Below, one piece after another: positions 29,133 to 39,270 of a DNA stretch of 64,000 nt. Location: the NCBI GenBank assembly GCA_037441705.1, contig JBBIRR010000005.1, forward strand, positions 36,265 through 100,264, in the 5' to 3' direction. The stretch is from Ignavibacteriales bacterium. Lineage in GTDB: Bacteria > Bacteroidota > Ignavibacteria > UBA10030 > UBA6906. The notes beneath the pieces are model-generated. The model had not been told where the DNA came from and did not search any database. It saw only the letters and a list, made by a program, of their open reading frames with translations. Position numbers and translations under genes: made by a program. Within the stretch, counting starts at the first letter, position 1; each line of letters begins with the position of its first letter.

Positions 29133-30878
29133 ATGGATAAGAAGGCCATCGTCGCCATCCTTGATGAAATGGGAACGCTGTTGGAACTGCAAGGCGCCAA
29201 TCCATTCAAGTCGCGCGCGTTCCACAATGCGTCCCGTGCGCTCGAGGGAGTCACGGAAGATCTGGAAAGCCTCATAGAGTCCGGTGAGATCCGCAGTGTG
29301 CCGGGCATCGGCGAGAGCATTTCCAAAATCATTACTGATCTTGTGAAGACGGGGAAATCGAAGGAACATGAGGACTTGAAAAAGGCATTTCCTCCGGGCG
29401 TTCCCGAGATGCTCCGCATTCAGGGCCTCGGGCCGAAGAGAGTGAAGTTGCTGTACGAGAAAATGAAGATCACCTCGGTGGATGAGCTTGAGGCCGCGGC
29501 AAAGGCGAACAAGCTTGCGTCGCTTCCGGGCTTCGGCGAAAAGACGGAGGAGAATATCCTGAAGGGCATTCAAGCGCTGCGTGTCCGCACCGACAAGCAT
29601 CTCTACCCGAAGGCGTTCGAGCCGGCAAATGCAATTCTTCACCATCTCCTCAGACAAAAGGGAGTTCTCCGGGGGGAAATTGCCGGCAGCTTGCGCCGGA
29701 AGAAGGAAGTGATCGGCGATATCGACATTGTGGTCAGCGCGCGGGACGTTCATCGTCATGCGATTATGCAAGCGTTCGTTACGCACCCCGAAGTGCAGTC
29801 GGTGGTGGCGCAGGGGGAAACGAAATCCAGCGTTGTGCTTCAGGCCGGCATCAACTGCGACGTCCGCATTGTGGAGGATGCGGAGTTTCCGTTCGCGCTC
29901 AACTACTTCACGGGCAGCAAGGAGCACAACGTCGAGATGCGCACACGCGCCAAGAAGTATGGATGGAGCTTGAACGAGTACGGCTTTTCCGACCTTGCTG
30001 CGGAGGAGAAGCGAGGCAAAGCGAAGAAGGCCGTTCGGTGCAAGGACGAAGCGGACATCTACAAGGCGCTTGAGTTAGACTATATCCCGCCCGAGTTGCG
30101 CGAGAACATGGGCGAGATTGAGGCGGCCGAGCAGCACCGCCTCCCGCGATTGATTGAAGAAAACGACATTCGTGGAACCTTTCACTGCCACACCACCTAC
30201 AGCGACGGTGTCAATACGCTCGAACAAATGGCCCGAGCGGCAGAAGAACTCGGCTGGGAGTATCTTGGCATCGGCGATCATAGCAAGGTTGCGGCCTATG
30301 CAGGTGGGATGACCGAGGAGAAGCTGAAAACGCAGTTCAAAGAGATTGATGAATTGAACAAGAAGCTGAAGCGCCTTCGCATTCTCAAAGGAACCGAGTG
30401 CGACATCCTTCCCAACGGCGAGCTTGATTGGCCCGACAGAGTTCTCGCCTGCTTCGAGTACGTTGTGGTCGCAGTCCACAGCAGCTTCAAGCACGATGAA
30501 AAACAGATGACGCAGCGGATCATCAAAGCCTTGAAGCATAAGCACGTGACGATGCTGGCTCACCCTACCGGACGGCTGCTTCTCACGCGCGACGGGTATC
30601 CGGTGAACATGACCGAGGTTATCAACTGCGCGTCAGATTATGGGAAGATCATCGAAATCAACGCTCACCCGACACGACTCGACATTGACTGGCGCCTGTT
30701 GAAATACGCGAAGGAGAAGGGCGTGATGATCGCAATCAACCCGGACGCGCACAACGTCGAGGGGCTGAAGGATGTATTCTACGGCGTCGGCATCGCGCGG
30801 AAAGGGTGGTTGGAAAAAAAAGATGTCCTGAACACGCGTCCCTTGAAAGACGTCCTGTCGTACCTATCCGTACGATAG
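29133..30878 (+). CDS. polX: DNA polymerase X with PHP 3'-5' exonuclease domain
   Basis: HhH motifs (VPGIG, IQGLGPK, LPGFGEK), AGSLRR..GDID, YFTGSKEHN, PELRE; PHP motifs HCHTTYSDG, DHS, AHPTGR, NPDAH. Confidence 0.95.
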   Translation: MDKKAIVAILDEMGTLLELQGANPFKSRAFHNASRALEGVTEDLESLIESGEIRSVPGIGESISKIITDLVKTGKSKEHEDLKKAFPPGVPEMLRIQGLGPKRVKLLYEKMKITSVDELEAAAKANKLASLPGFGEKTEENILKGIQALRVRTDKHLYPKAFEPANAILHHLLRQKGVLRGEIAGSLRRKKEVIGDIDIVVSARDVHRHAIMQAFVTHPEVQSVVAQGETKSSVVLQAGINCDVRIVEDAEFPFALNYFTGSKEHNVEMRTRAKKYGWSLNEYGFSDLAAEEKRGKAKKAVRCKDEADIYKALELDYIPPELRENMGEIEAAEQHRLPRLIEENDIRGTFHCHTTYSDGVNTLEQMARAAEELGWEYLGIGDHSKVAAYAGGMTEEKLKTQFKEIDELNKKLKRLRILKGTECDILPNGELDWPDRVLACFEYVVVAVHSSFKHDEKQMTQRIIKALKHKHVTMLAHPTGRLLLTRDGYPVNMTEVINCASDYGKIIEINAHPTRLDIDWRLLKYAKEKGVMIAINPDAHNVEGLKDVFYGVGIARKGWLEKKDVLNTRPLKDVLSYLSVR

Positions 30879-30916
30879 CATCATACTCATAGTCCTCCTT
30901 TTCAAAAGGCACAACG

Positions 30917-31075
30917 ATGAAGAATTACTGGATAGGAATACTGCTGATTGTTCTGGGTTCCATGTTTCTGCTCGATAGTCTCGGCGTCATGGAGTTTCAT
31001 CACATCGTGAAGAAGTTCTGGCCCGTTGCTCTGATTCTTATCGGGGTCGGCATCTTGGTCAGGAAGCGACGATAA
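30917..31075 (+). CDS. Small two-TM membrane protein (DUF5668/LiaF-N-like, 52 aa); absent from supplied ORF track
   Basis: Manual translation MKNYWIGILLIVLGSMFLLDSLGVMEFHHIVKKFWPVALILIGVGILVRKRR; G-LLI-LG..WP..LI.IG pattern; AAGG SD. Confidence 0.8.
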   Translation: MKNYWIGILLIVLGSMFLLDSLGVMEFHHIVKKFWPVALILIGVGILVRKRR

Positions 31076-31127
31076 ACGCCTGTCGTCGAACGAACAACTC
31101 ACTCACCACATCTACACCAAATGTGTC

Positions 31128-31487
31128 ATGGCACGGTACCAGCGGCATGTCTTCGTTTGTTTGAATGAGCGAGAGCCAAATCATCCGAAAGGGTGTTGTT
31201 TGCACAAAGGCTCGGCAGAAGTACGCGATACGTTCAAAGAGGAATTGAAAAAGCGCGGACTTTCCGCGATCGTTCGGGCAAATGTCGCGGGCTGCCTCGA
31301 CGCCTGTGAGTACGGCGTAACGGTGGTGATCTATCCTGACGGCATCTGGTATGGCGGAGTCAAGAAAGAGGATGTAGAAGAGATCATCGATCGAACGATT
31401 GTCAACGGTGAGGTCATTCAACGCCTGCTGATACCTCATGCGCGGTATGCGCCCGATGCGTTGCAGTTCGGAAAGTTGGAGCCATGA
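31128..31487 (+). CDS. Thioredoxin-like [2Fe-2S] ferredoxin
   Basis: HVFVCLNER..GCC, AGCLDAC, VIYPDGIWYG. Confidence 0.9.
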   Translation: MARYQRHVFVCLNEREPNHPKGCCLHKGSAEVRDTFKEELKKRGLSAIVRANVAGCLDACEYGVTVVIYPDGIWYGGVKKEDVEEIIDRTIVNGEVIQRLLIPHARYAPDALQFGKLEP

Positions 31488-31800
31488 CAATCGATAGACG
31501 GAGTGTGGCCAATGCAGTCCTGCGCAATACCATCGAATGGCGAAAGCACGCCCTTCGACGAATGTTGGAAAGGAATATCTCTCGTTCTGATGCAAAACAG
31601 GTTCTTCTCTCAGGTGAAATAATTGAGGAGTACTTACACAGTAAACCCATCCCAGTGCATTGTTTTTCGGGCTGGTTGATGGTCGGCCGTTGCATGTTGT
31701 TGCAGCATTTGACTCCGATGCTGAAAAAGTGTATGTACTGACTGTGTATGAACCTTCACTTGAGAAATTCGAAAAGGACTTTAAGACAAGGAGGAGATGA
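31484..31800 (+). pseudogene. DUF4258 family putative toxin, frameshifted near 31649
   Basis: KHALRRMLERNIS..GEIIEEY in frame 0; the -1 frame continues PSALFFGLVDGRPLHVVAAFD..VLTVYEPSLEKFEKDFKTRRR* to 31800, overlapping the next ATG. Confidence 0.8.
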
Positions 31801-32042
31801 TGATGGAGGACAAATGCCCCGTTTGCGGAGGGGACAAAGACAACGGAACCACAGTCTTTACGGTTGACTTCAAGGATTGTGTATTGGTAGTAAGAAATGT
31901 CCCGGTAACAGTGTGCTCCCAATGTGGCGAGGAGTGGATTCGTGATGACGTTGCGTCCAAACTTGAAGAGATCTCCAACCTGGCTCGCGGAAAGGGAAGT
32001 CAATTCGAAGTCGTTGACTACAGGTTAGCGGCAGCTGCATAG
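31797..32042 (+). CDS. YgiT-type zinc finger protein (MqsA N-terminal-like, putative antitoxin)
   Basis: CPVCGG..VVRNVPVTVCSQCGEEW signature. Confidence 0.88.
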   Translation: MMMEDKCPVCGGDKDNGTTVFTVDFKDCVLVVRNVPVTVCSQCGEEWIRDDVASKLEEISNLARGKGSQFEVVDYRLAAAA

Positions 32043-32170
32043 GGTAGTTTTCAAGTCAATGCAAAGCGAAGAACGCTGCCATATCCTTTTGAGCAGGAGC
32101 CTGGCTGAAGTGAAATGAGTGCCCCCACCTTGTAGCTGTGTTGCAAAACCGATGGGAAAAACGTGACCCC

Positions 32171-32857
32171 ATGCGAATGAGAAAGTCTCCCGCAAAAGAA
32201 TCCCTCGAGGACAAGAAGTCTCGCGCCCAGCGTGTTTTCAAGCTCCTCAAGAAGGAATTCCCAAACCCCCGCACCGCACTGCATCATCAGAATGCGTTTC
32301 AACTTCTGATTGCCACGATCCTTTCGGCGCAATGCACGGACGAGCGCGTGAACATGGTGACGCCTGCGTTGTTCAAGAAGTACAAAAACGCGAAGGGCTT
32401 TGCAGAAGCCAATCCCGCAGAGCTGGAGCAGGACATTCGTTCGACGGGTTTTTTCCGTATGAAGACGAAGAGCATCATCGGTTGCTGCAAGGCGCTGGTC
32501 GAGCGCTTTGGGGGCGAGGTGCCGAACGATCTGAACGATTTGGTCACGCTGCCCGGGGTGGGACGCAAGACGGCCAACGTTGTCTTGGGTCAGGCCTTCG
32601 GCATCGCGTCGGGCGTTGTCGTGGATACCCACGTTCATCGCCTCGCCCAACGTCTGGGCTTCTCCGAAGCGGACACACCCGAGAAGATTGAGGAAGATTT
32701 GATGAAGCTCTTCCCGAAAAAGCAGTGGATCGACCTCGGCTCCATACTGATTCTGCACGGCAGAAAAACATGCCATGCCCGTTCTCCCAAATGCATTGAG
32801 TGTGTTGTGCGAGAACATTGTCCCAGCGCGGAGCAGTTCCTTGCGAAAGTCCGATGA
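32171..32857 (+). CDS. nth: Endonuclease III
   Basis: LLIATILSAQCTDERVN, LPGVGRKTANVV, VDTHV, C-x6-C-x2-C-x5-C [4Fe-4S] motif. Confidence 0.96.
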   Translation: MRMRKSPAKESLEDKKSRAQRVFKLLKKEFPNPRTALHHQNAFQLLIATILSAQCTDERVNMVTPALFKKYKNAKGFAEANPAELEQDIRSTGFFRMKTKSIIGCCKALVERFGGEVPNDLNDLVTLPGVGRKTANVVLGQAFGIASGVVVDTHVHRLAQRLGFSEADTPEKIEEDLMKLFPKKQWIDLGSILILHGRKTCHARSPKCIECVVREHCPSAEQFLAKVR

Positions 32858-32922
32858 GGGCAACTGTTGTTTTCCTCTTCTCGTTGATGTAGGAGAGAGT
32901 TCCACAACAGGGAGAAGAGAGA

Positions 32923-33411
32923 ATGGAACAAACCGTATTGCCCCCGCTGCCATCGCGTCGTGAGTTCTGCCTTCAGGCATGTGAGACGGCGGGACTGATT
33001 GCGCTCGGCGCTGCGATAGCGCCTTTGCTCAGTGCGTGCAAGGACGATTCGGTTTCGGCCGAGGCACCGGCGTTGCCCACAATACAGGCTGCTGTCTCGG
33101 GCAACATTGTTACACTCGCCATCAACTCAAGTTCGCCGCTCGCTGCGGTTGGCAGTGCGGTGTTGGTGCAATACAGCAACGGCGCGCTGCTCGTGGCCCA
33201 CACCGGTCAGGATTCCTTTACGGCTCTCACGGCAACCTGCACGCATCAGGGCTGCACGATTACGGGGTTCACCGATCAGGTGTATGTTTGTCCCTGCCAC
33301 GGCTCGCGGTTTCGTACCAATGGACAGGTGGCGCAAGGACCTGCGTCAGCACCCCTGCGGTCATTCCCGACGCAGTTTGCTAACGGGCAGCTCACCATCA
33401 CTTTGCAGTAG
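32923..33411 (+). CDS. Rieske [2Fe-2S] protein, probable Tat-exported lipoprotein
   Basis: SRREFC twin-arginine motif, LSAC lipobox, CTHQGC and CPCHGSRF. Confidence 0.9.
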   Translation: MEQTVLPPLPSRREFCLQACETAGLIALGAAIAPLLSACKDDSVSAEAPALPTIQAAVSGNIVTLAINSSSPLAAVGSAVLVQYSNGALLVAHTGQDSFTALTATCTHQGCTITGFTDQVYVCPCHGSRFRTNGQVAQGPASAPLRSFPTQFANGQLTITLQ

Positions 33412-33490
33412 TGATGTGCCGGGCGGCAGAGCGACGATTTGTTCTTCGCAAAATGCCAGGCATGTATCCCGTCAGGTGAATTGAGGGAGT

Positions 33491-33736
33491 TCAGTTCTTG
33501 CGTATCAGCTCGTTGTGCAGTGCGGTGATGCACTCGGGACAAAAGTAGAGAAGCTTGTAGTCGCCCACCTGACGTTCGATGAGTGTTCCTTTGTTGAATT
33601 TCCGGCGGCAGAGGGCACACTTTTCGAGATTGAGGTCTTCCGTGGGCTTCGGCGTTTTCGCCCCCACCTTGAAACCGATGAAGGCAATCAAGAGCATGAT
33701 TGCAAGAAAGATAGAGGCGAGAATGGTGACCGTCAT
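33491..33736 (-). CDS. Small membrane-anchored protein with CxxC...CxxC zinc-ribbon-like motif
   Basis: N-terminal TM helix; CALC and FCPEC; follows the O-methyltransferase on the same strand. Confidence 0.7.
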   Translation of the reverse strand: MTVTILASIFLAIMLLIAFIGFKVGAKTPKPTEDLNLEKCALCRRKFNKGTLIERQVGDYKLLYFCPECITALHNELIRKN

Positions 33737-33760
33737 GCGTCTGTGGCTTTGCGATCCATC

Positions 33761-34402
33761 CTACAGCTTGATGCTGACCGACACGCCGTCTCTCAGCGGA
33801 ATGATTGTGGAAAACAACTCCGGCATGGAGTAGAGCCGACGGTTGAACGTGAGGATACCCGCGGTGGCTTCGTCCGGCTTGTCGCTGAGCACGCGACCTT
33901 TCCACAACACGTTGTCGCTAATGAACAAACCCCCGCGCCGCAGTTTCGGAATGCCGAGTGCGAGCGCTTTGGGGTAGCTGTGTTTGTCGATGTCGTTGAA
34001 GATGATGTCGAACTCTCCCTCCGCTGCAGCGAGAACGGCGAGAGCATCGCCCACGTGAAAGGTGATTTTCTCTTCTATGCAGCCCCGCGCAAACCACTCC
34101 TGTGCTCGTTGTGCATTGTTCTGTTCCCTGTCCGTGCAGATAATGCGAGCATCCTCGCCCGTTGCTCTGGCAAACCAGTACGCCGAGTATCCAAACCCCG
34201 AGCCCAGTTCGAGAATGCGCTTCGCGTGTGTTGATGCAGCAAGAAGGAACAGCAGGCGTCCCACCAACGGCCCGACGATCGGGAAGCCGGTTCGTTGAGC
34301 ATAGTCTTCCATCTCCGTCAGCACGCTGTCACGATCAGGCGTGATATCTTTCAGATACTGCTCGATGTCGGGTTGAACGATTGTGCGATCGATGGAAGTC
34401 AT
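33761..34402 (-). CDS. Class I SAM-dependent O-methyltransferase (caffeoyl-CoA OMT/TrmR-like)
   Basis: ILELGSGFGYSA, FDIIFNDIDK..YP, ISDNVLWKG, PLRDGV. Confidence 0.9.
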   Translation of the reverse strand: MTSIDRTIVQPDIEQYLKDITPDRDSVLTEMEDYAQRTGFPIVGPLVGRLLFLLAASTHAKRILELGSGFGYSAYWFARATGEDARIICTDREQNNAQRAQEWFARGCIEEKITFHVGDALAVLAAAEGEFDIIFNDIDKHSYPKALALGIPKLRRGGLFISDNVLWKGRVLSDKPDEATAGILTFNRRLYSMPELFSTIIPLRDGVSVSIKL

Positions 34403-34585
34403 GATGAGCGCGCGCTGGATATGAGGAGATGCTGTTGAACAAATATACATCATCTTGCTCGATTTTCAAATCTGCGAAGAGCATGACGACCGCTTCCCAG
34501 AAGTAGGAAGGGAGACGCGCAACAGCACTTATTCCATTCTGTTTCTTGAACCTCCGGATGGCACGCAATCTGACCTTTCTCTCGT

Positions 34586-34607
34586 GTGATGATGTTGTTT
34601 TCATCAC
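34586..34607. promoter_or_regulatory. Inverted repeat just upstream of hydrogenase operon (candidate operator)
   Basis: GTGATGA-N8-TCATCAC, 18 nt before ATG 34626. Confidence 0.35.
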
Positions 34608-34625
34608 CACCTGAAGACAAGAACG

Positions 34626-35747
34626 ATGTTTGTCATCGAATCAGATCGTATTGGAGACATCATCAGCGCGCTGCACCGACGTGCGTACGTTACGGTTGGT
34701 CCGACCGTACGTGATGGAGCCATCGTTCTCGATGAGATCCGCACGATGGCCGATCTGCCGGTCGGAGTGCATGACGAGCAAACCCCCGGTCGGTATGCCC
34801 TTCACTCCAACGGCACGCCGTCTCTCTTCGGATATGTCGTCGGTCCGCATTCGTGGAAAACGTTTCTCTCGCCCGCGCGGCTGAAGCTGTTCTCCGCCCA
34901 TCGCGACGGGAAGGGATTCCGCATCGAGCGTGAAGATCAGCACGCGAAAACCCGATTGGCTTTTCTCGGCGTTCGCCCCTGCGAGGTGAACGCGATCAAG
35001 GTGTTGGACGAAGTATTCCTGCAGGGACCGTATGTTGATACTGGGTATGAGGTCCGACGGGAGAGCTGCTTTGTTCTCGCAGTGAACTGCACACGCGCCG
35101 GAGGGAATTGCTTCTGCACTTCAATGAAAACCGGTCCCCGGGCGACCTCTGCGTTCGATCTCGCACTGACCGAAATTCTCGGAGAGGGCAAGCATCATTT
35201 TGTGGTTGAGGTGGGAAGCGAACGAGGGAAAGAACTGCTAAGCGATGTTTCCCATCGCGCAGCGTCGGCAGCGGAAATAGAAGAAGCTCTTGCCGCAACG
35301 GCCGAAGCCGCAGAAGCAATGACGAAGCGTGTGGACACGACAGACATTGTTGAAACCTTGAATGCACACTTCGAGCATCCTCGCTGGGATGATGTTGCGA
35401 AACGCTGCCTTGCCTGCGGCAATTGCACCCTCGTCTGTCCGACATGCTTCTGCTCGACCGTAGAAGACGTTACGGATTTGACGGGCGACCATGCGGAACG
35501 GTGGCGGCTGTGGGATTCGTGCTTCACGGCGGACTTCACAAAAATTGCCGGAGGCAACATCCGCATGTCAACGCGGACGCGCTACCGTCAGTGGCTCATG
35601 CACAAGTTCGCCCACTGGCAGGGACAGTTCGGCTCGTTCGGATGTGTGGGATGCGGCCGCTGCATCACGTGGTGTCCGGTGGGCATCGACATTACGCAGG
35701 AACTGCACGCTCTTCGTGCATCACCCGTAACTCCCAAAACATCTTGA
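34626..35747 (+). CDS. hydB: Group 3b [NiFe]-hydrogenase (sulfhydrogenase) beta subunit, 2x[4Fe-4S]
   Basis: [46 protein letters not shown]. Confidence 0.9.
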   Translation: MFVIESDRIGDIISALHRRAYVTVGPTVRDGAIVLDEIRTMADLPVGVHDEQTPGRYALHSNGTPSLFGYVVGPHSWKTFLSPARLKLFSAHRDGKGFRIEREDQHAKTRLAFLGVRPCEVNAIKVLDEVFLQGPYVDTGYEVRRESCFVLAVNCTRAGGNCFCTSMKTGPRATSAFDLALTEILGEGKHHFVVEVGSERGKELLSDVSHRAASAAEIEEALAATAEAAEAMTKRVDTTDIVETLNAHFEHPRWDDVAKRCLACGNCTLVCPTCFCSTVEDVTDLTGDHAERWRLWDSCFTADFTKIAGGNIRMSTRTRYRQWLMHKFAHWQGQFGSFGCVGCGRCITWCPVGIDITQELHALRASPVTPKTS

Positions 35748-35757
35748 AGAGGCTCCT

Positions 35758-36240
35758 ATGGAAAAGGAAGATTTGCAAGACATCCTCCGTCAACATCCGT
35801 TCCTTCACGGGCTTTCCGCGGAACATATGGAAACCATCGTCGGCTGTGCCTCGAATGTCCGGTTTCCGGAAGGATCGCGCCTGATCAGCGAAGGGGAAAT
35901 CGCCAACACGTTCTTCCTCATCCGTACAGGGCGTGTGGCGTTGGAAACGGAAATTCCCGGCCGCGGAAGCATTCGCATCCAAACCGTCGGACCCGGAGAA
36001 ATCCTCGGCTGGTCGTGGCTCATCTCGCCCTACCGCTGGCATTTCAGCGGCATCGCCGTTGCCGACACCCGCGCCATAGCACTCGATGGAGAATGCCTGC
36101 GCACGAAGTGTGAGCGGGACAAGGGGTTTGGGTACGAGATGCTCAAACGCCTCGCGGTCGTGATGGAAAACAGACTCGAAGCGACACGCATCCAACTGTT
36201 AGATCTCTACGGACTTGCAACGAGTGAAAAAAGCGTATGA
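35758..36240 (+). CDS. Stand-alone cyclic nucleotide-binding-domain protein
   Basis: HPFLHGL, EGE.A..FFLIRTGRV, PGEILGWSWL; no HTH domain. Confidence 0.85.
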   Translation: MEKEDLQDILRQHPFLHGLSAEHMETIVGCASNVRFPEGSRLISEGEIANTFFLIRTGRVALETEIPGRGSIRIQTVGPGEILGWSWLISPYRWHFSGIAVADTRAIALDGECLRTKCERDKGFGYEMLKRLAVVMENRLEATRIQLLDLYGLATSEKSV

Positions 36241-37088
36241 TTGCCGAAGCCATGTCCGCGCGCGCGCTGGATCCGATGACGACGATCCCGGTTCCGATTC
36301 GGAAGATGATGTGGGAAAATGACGATACGTTTACGCTGACTCTTGATGTGAGCGATCTTCAGGACTTTTCGTTCCGTCCCGGACAGTTCAACATGCTGTA
36401 CGTTTTCGGGATGGGCGAAGCAGCCATCTCGATCAGCTCGAATCCTTCGCAGCACGGCACCGTCGAACACACAATCCATCGCGTCGGGACGATCACGACG
36501 GCGCTTTCGCAGAAAAAGCGCGGCGACGTCATCGGCGTGCGTGGACCGTTTGGCTCAAGCTGGCCGTTGGACGTTGCACAGGGAAAGGATGTGTGCATCA
36601 TCTCCGGCGGCATCGGGCTGGCTCCATTGCGTCCCGTTATCTACTCGCTGCTCGAGAGACGAAACGAGTACGGGCGCATTATCATTCTCTACGGCGGACG
36701 GAGTCCGCTGGACCTGCTCTATCGCGTCGAGCTGGAACGGTGGGAGGATGAAAAGGACGTTGAGGTCCTGGTAACCGTCGATCGCGGCGATTCGTCGTGG
36801 AAGGGACACATCGGTGTTGTGACGTCGTTGCTGTCGTATATCAAACTCGACGCAGACAACACCGTGGCGTATGTGTGCGGACCGGAGATGATGATGAAGT
36901 ACACGATCGAGGAGCTTGATCGTCGGGGGCTTAGATCCGAGAACATCTTCCTTTCCATGGAGCGGAACATGAAATGCGCAGTCGGTTTTTGCGGGCATTG
37001 CCAATACGGTCCCACTTTTATCTGTAAGGATGGACCGGTGTTTCCGCTTCCTCGAATTCGCTCACTGCTGGAGAGAAAGGAGTTGTAG
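36237..37088 (+). CDS. hydG: Group 3b hydrogenase gamma subunit (FAD/NAD(P)-binding, [2Fe-2S])
   Basis: [50 protein letters not shown]. Confidence 0.92.
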   Translation: MIAEAMSARALDPMTTIPVPIRKMMWENDDTFTLTLDVSDLQDFSFRPGQFNMLYVFGMGEAAISISSNPSQHGTVEHTIHRVGTITTALSQKKRGDVIGVRGPFGSSWPLDVAQGKDVCIISGGIGLAPLRPVIYSLLERRNEYGRIIILYGGRSPLDLLYRVELERWEDEKDVEVLVTVDRGDSSWKGHIGVVTSLLSYIKLDADNTVAYVCGPEMMMKYTIEELDRRGLRSENIFLSMERNMKCAVGFCGHCQYGPTFICKDGPVFPLPRIRSLLERKEL

Positions 37089-37090
37089 CG

Positions 37091-37891
37091 ATGGCGACTC
37101 GAACGAGAAGACATGCGCGGCCAAAACTCGCAGTGTTCAAGTTTGCCTCGTGCGATGGCTGTCAGCTATCATTGCTGGATGCTGAAGATGAACTGCTTGC
37201 CGTTGCAGGCGCGGTAGAAATCGCGAACTTCCCCGAGGCAAGTCGCCGGGTGCTGCGCGGGCCGTACGACCTCGGGCTGGTGGAAGGAAGCATCACAACG
37301 CCGCACGACGTCGAGCGCATCAGGCAGATTCGAAAGGAATGCAAGGTGCTTGTTACCATCGGCGCGTGTGCAACCTCGGGCGGCATTCAGGCGCTACGCA
37401 ACTGGAAAGACGTTCGGGAATTCACGCGGTTTGTGTACGCCTCGCCCGAGTACATCTCAACACTTGATCGCTCCATGCCAATTGGTTCCTATGTGCGTGT
37501 TGACTTCGAACTCCGCGGCTGCCCGATCAATAAGCATCAGCTCCTAGAAGTCGTAAATGCCTTCCTTAACCGCAGGAAGCCCAACATTCCAACGTACAGC
37601 CTGTGCATGCAGTGCAAAAGACAGGGGAATGTCTGCGTGATGGTGGCCGGAGGCGTGCCGTGCCTGGGGCCTGTGACACACGCCGGATGCGGCGCCCTTT
37701 GCCCGTCCTACAACCGCGGCTGCTACGGCTGCTTTGGACCGATGGAGAATCCGAACGCATCGTCGCTCGGTAAGCGTATTTCAGACTTAGGCTTCAGCAG
37801 CCAGGATATTCTGCTGATGTTCCGCGGCTTCAATGCATACGCCGAACCGTTCCGGAAAGAGAGTGATGCACATGAAAAACAGAGTCATTAA
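37091..37891 (+). CDS. hydD: Group 3b hydrogenase delta (small) subunit
   Basis: [44 protein letters not shown]. Confidence 0.92.
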   Translation: MATRTRRHARPKLAVFKFASCDGCQLSLLDAEDELLAVAGAVEIANFPEASRRVLRGPYDLGLVEGSITTPHDVERIRQIRKECKVLVTIGACATSGGIQALRNWKDVREFTRFVYASPEYISTLDRSMPIGSYVRVDFELRGCPINKHQLLEVVNAFLNRRKPNIPTYSLCMQCKRQGNVCVMVAGGVPCLGPVTHAGCGALCPSYNRGCYGCFGPMENPNASSLGKRISDLGFSSQDILLMFRGFNAYAEPFRKESDAHEKQSH

Positions 37892-39155
37892 GGTTGATCA
37901 GCTCGCCCGTGTTGAGGGTGAAGGCGCGGTGTTCGTCAAGATTACCGATGGGCATGTTGCCGACGTGAAGCTCAAGATCTATGAGCCGCCTCGCTTTTTT
38001 GAGGCGTTCCTCCGTGGGCGCGACTACTCGGAAGCGCCGGACATCACCGCGCGCATCTGCGGCATCTGCCCCGTTGCCTATCAGATGAGCGCTGTGCACG
38101 CAATGGAAAGCGCGTTCGGCGTTCGCGTTGATGGACAGTTGCGTGCGCTGCGACGGCTCCTGTACTGCGGCGAGTGGATAGAAAGCCACGTCCTTCATAT
38201 CTTCATGCTGCATGCACCGGACTTCCTCGGCTACGAGGACGCGCTGCTTCTCGCCAAGGACCAACCCGACCTCGTCCGGAAGGCGTTGGCGATGAAGAAG
38301 ATCGGCAATGATGTGGTGAGAGTGATTGGCGGGCGAGAGATTCATCCCATCAACGTCAAGGTCGGCGGGTTCTATCGCGTGCCAACGAAGGCAGCGCTGC
38401 ATGCGTTGCTCGATCCGTTGAAGTGGGCGCGCGACGCGGCGGTCGAGACGGCGAAGCTCGTCAGCACGTTCGAGTTTCCAGATTTTGAATTCGAGTACGA
38501 GTTTGTTTCGCTTCGTGCGCCCAACGAGTATCCGCTGAACGAGGGAAGAGTATGCTCGAGCAGCGGACTTGACATTGCCGTGCGAGAATACGAATTTCAC
38601 TTCGAGGAACGTCATGTCCAGCACTCGAATGCGCTGCATTCGACGCAACGCGGCAAGGGTGCGTACATGGTGGGCCCCCTTGCGCGATTCAATCTGAACT
38701 TCGACAAACTCTCGCCTCCGGCACAAGAGCTTGCCGGGGAAATCGGCGTGGTGCCGCCGGTGAAAAATCCGTTCAGGAGTATCATCGTTCGGGCCATCGA
38801 GACACTCTATGCGTACGATGAGGCCATTCGGATCATCGAACAATACGAGCCACCCGAACGGGCGGCGGTGGAAGTACCGGTTCGTGCCGGCATCGGCTTT
38901 GGCGCAACAGAAGCGCCGCGCGGCCTGCTTTATCATCGCTACAAAATTGCCGACGACGGGACGATCCTCGATGCAAAGATCGTCCCGCCCACTGCGCAGA
39001 ACCAGCCGACGATCGAGAACGACCTTCGCCAGTTTGTCGCCGCAAACGTGCATTTGCCGCGCGAACAGCTGACGTGGAAGACCGAACAAGCTGTGCGAAA
39101 CTATGATCCGTGCATTTCGTGCGCGACACATTTTGTGAGGATCGAGAAAACCTGA
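37872..39155 (+). CDS. hydA: Group 3b [NiFe]-hydrogenase alpha (large) subunit
   Basis: ARVEGEG, L1 RICGICP, EAPRG, L2 DPCISCATH with a 7-residue C-terminal extension. Confidence 0.95.
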   Translation: MKNRVIKVDQLARVEGEGAVFVKITDGHVADVKLKIYEPPRFFEAFLRGRDYSEAPDITARICGICPVAYQMSAVHAMESAFGVRVDGQLRALRRLLYCGEWIESHVLHIFMLHAPDFLGYEDALLLAKDQPDLVRKALAMKKIGNDVVRVIGGREIHPINVKVGGFYRVPTKAALHALLDPLKWARDAAVETAKLVSTFEFPDFEFEYEFVSLRAPNEYPLNEGRVCSSSGLDIAVREYEFHFEERHVQHSNALHSTQRGKGAYMVGPLARFNLNFDKLSPPAQELAGEIGVVPPVKNPFRSIIVRAIETLYAYDEAIRIIEQYEPPERAAVEVPVRAGIGFGATEAPRGLLYHRYKIADDGTILDAKIVPPTAQNQPTIENDLRQFVAANVHLPREQLTWKTEQAVRNYDPCISCATHFVRIEKT

Positions 39156-39270
39156 CGCGACACAAACCGGGTTCACCGGCAGGGGGAGAGAGAGGAATCA
39201 GATTGCTACCGGCTTTCTCGCGGTACACAGGGGGAACGGCACAACGAATCGTTCACAAAGGAGGAGCGTC

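Noticed and set aside
34335-34610. 91-aa minus-strand ORF between O-methyltransferase and hydB
   Set aside because: Overlaps the methyltransferase start, leaves almost no room for divergent promoters and has no recognisable motif; cannot be excluded but is unsupported.
37830-39176. 448-aa minus-strand ORF
   Set aside because: Antisense shadow of the hydrogenase large subunit.
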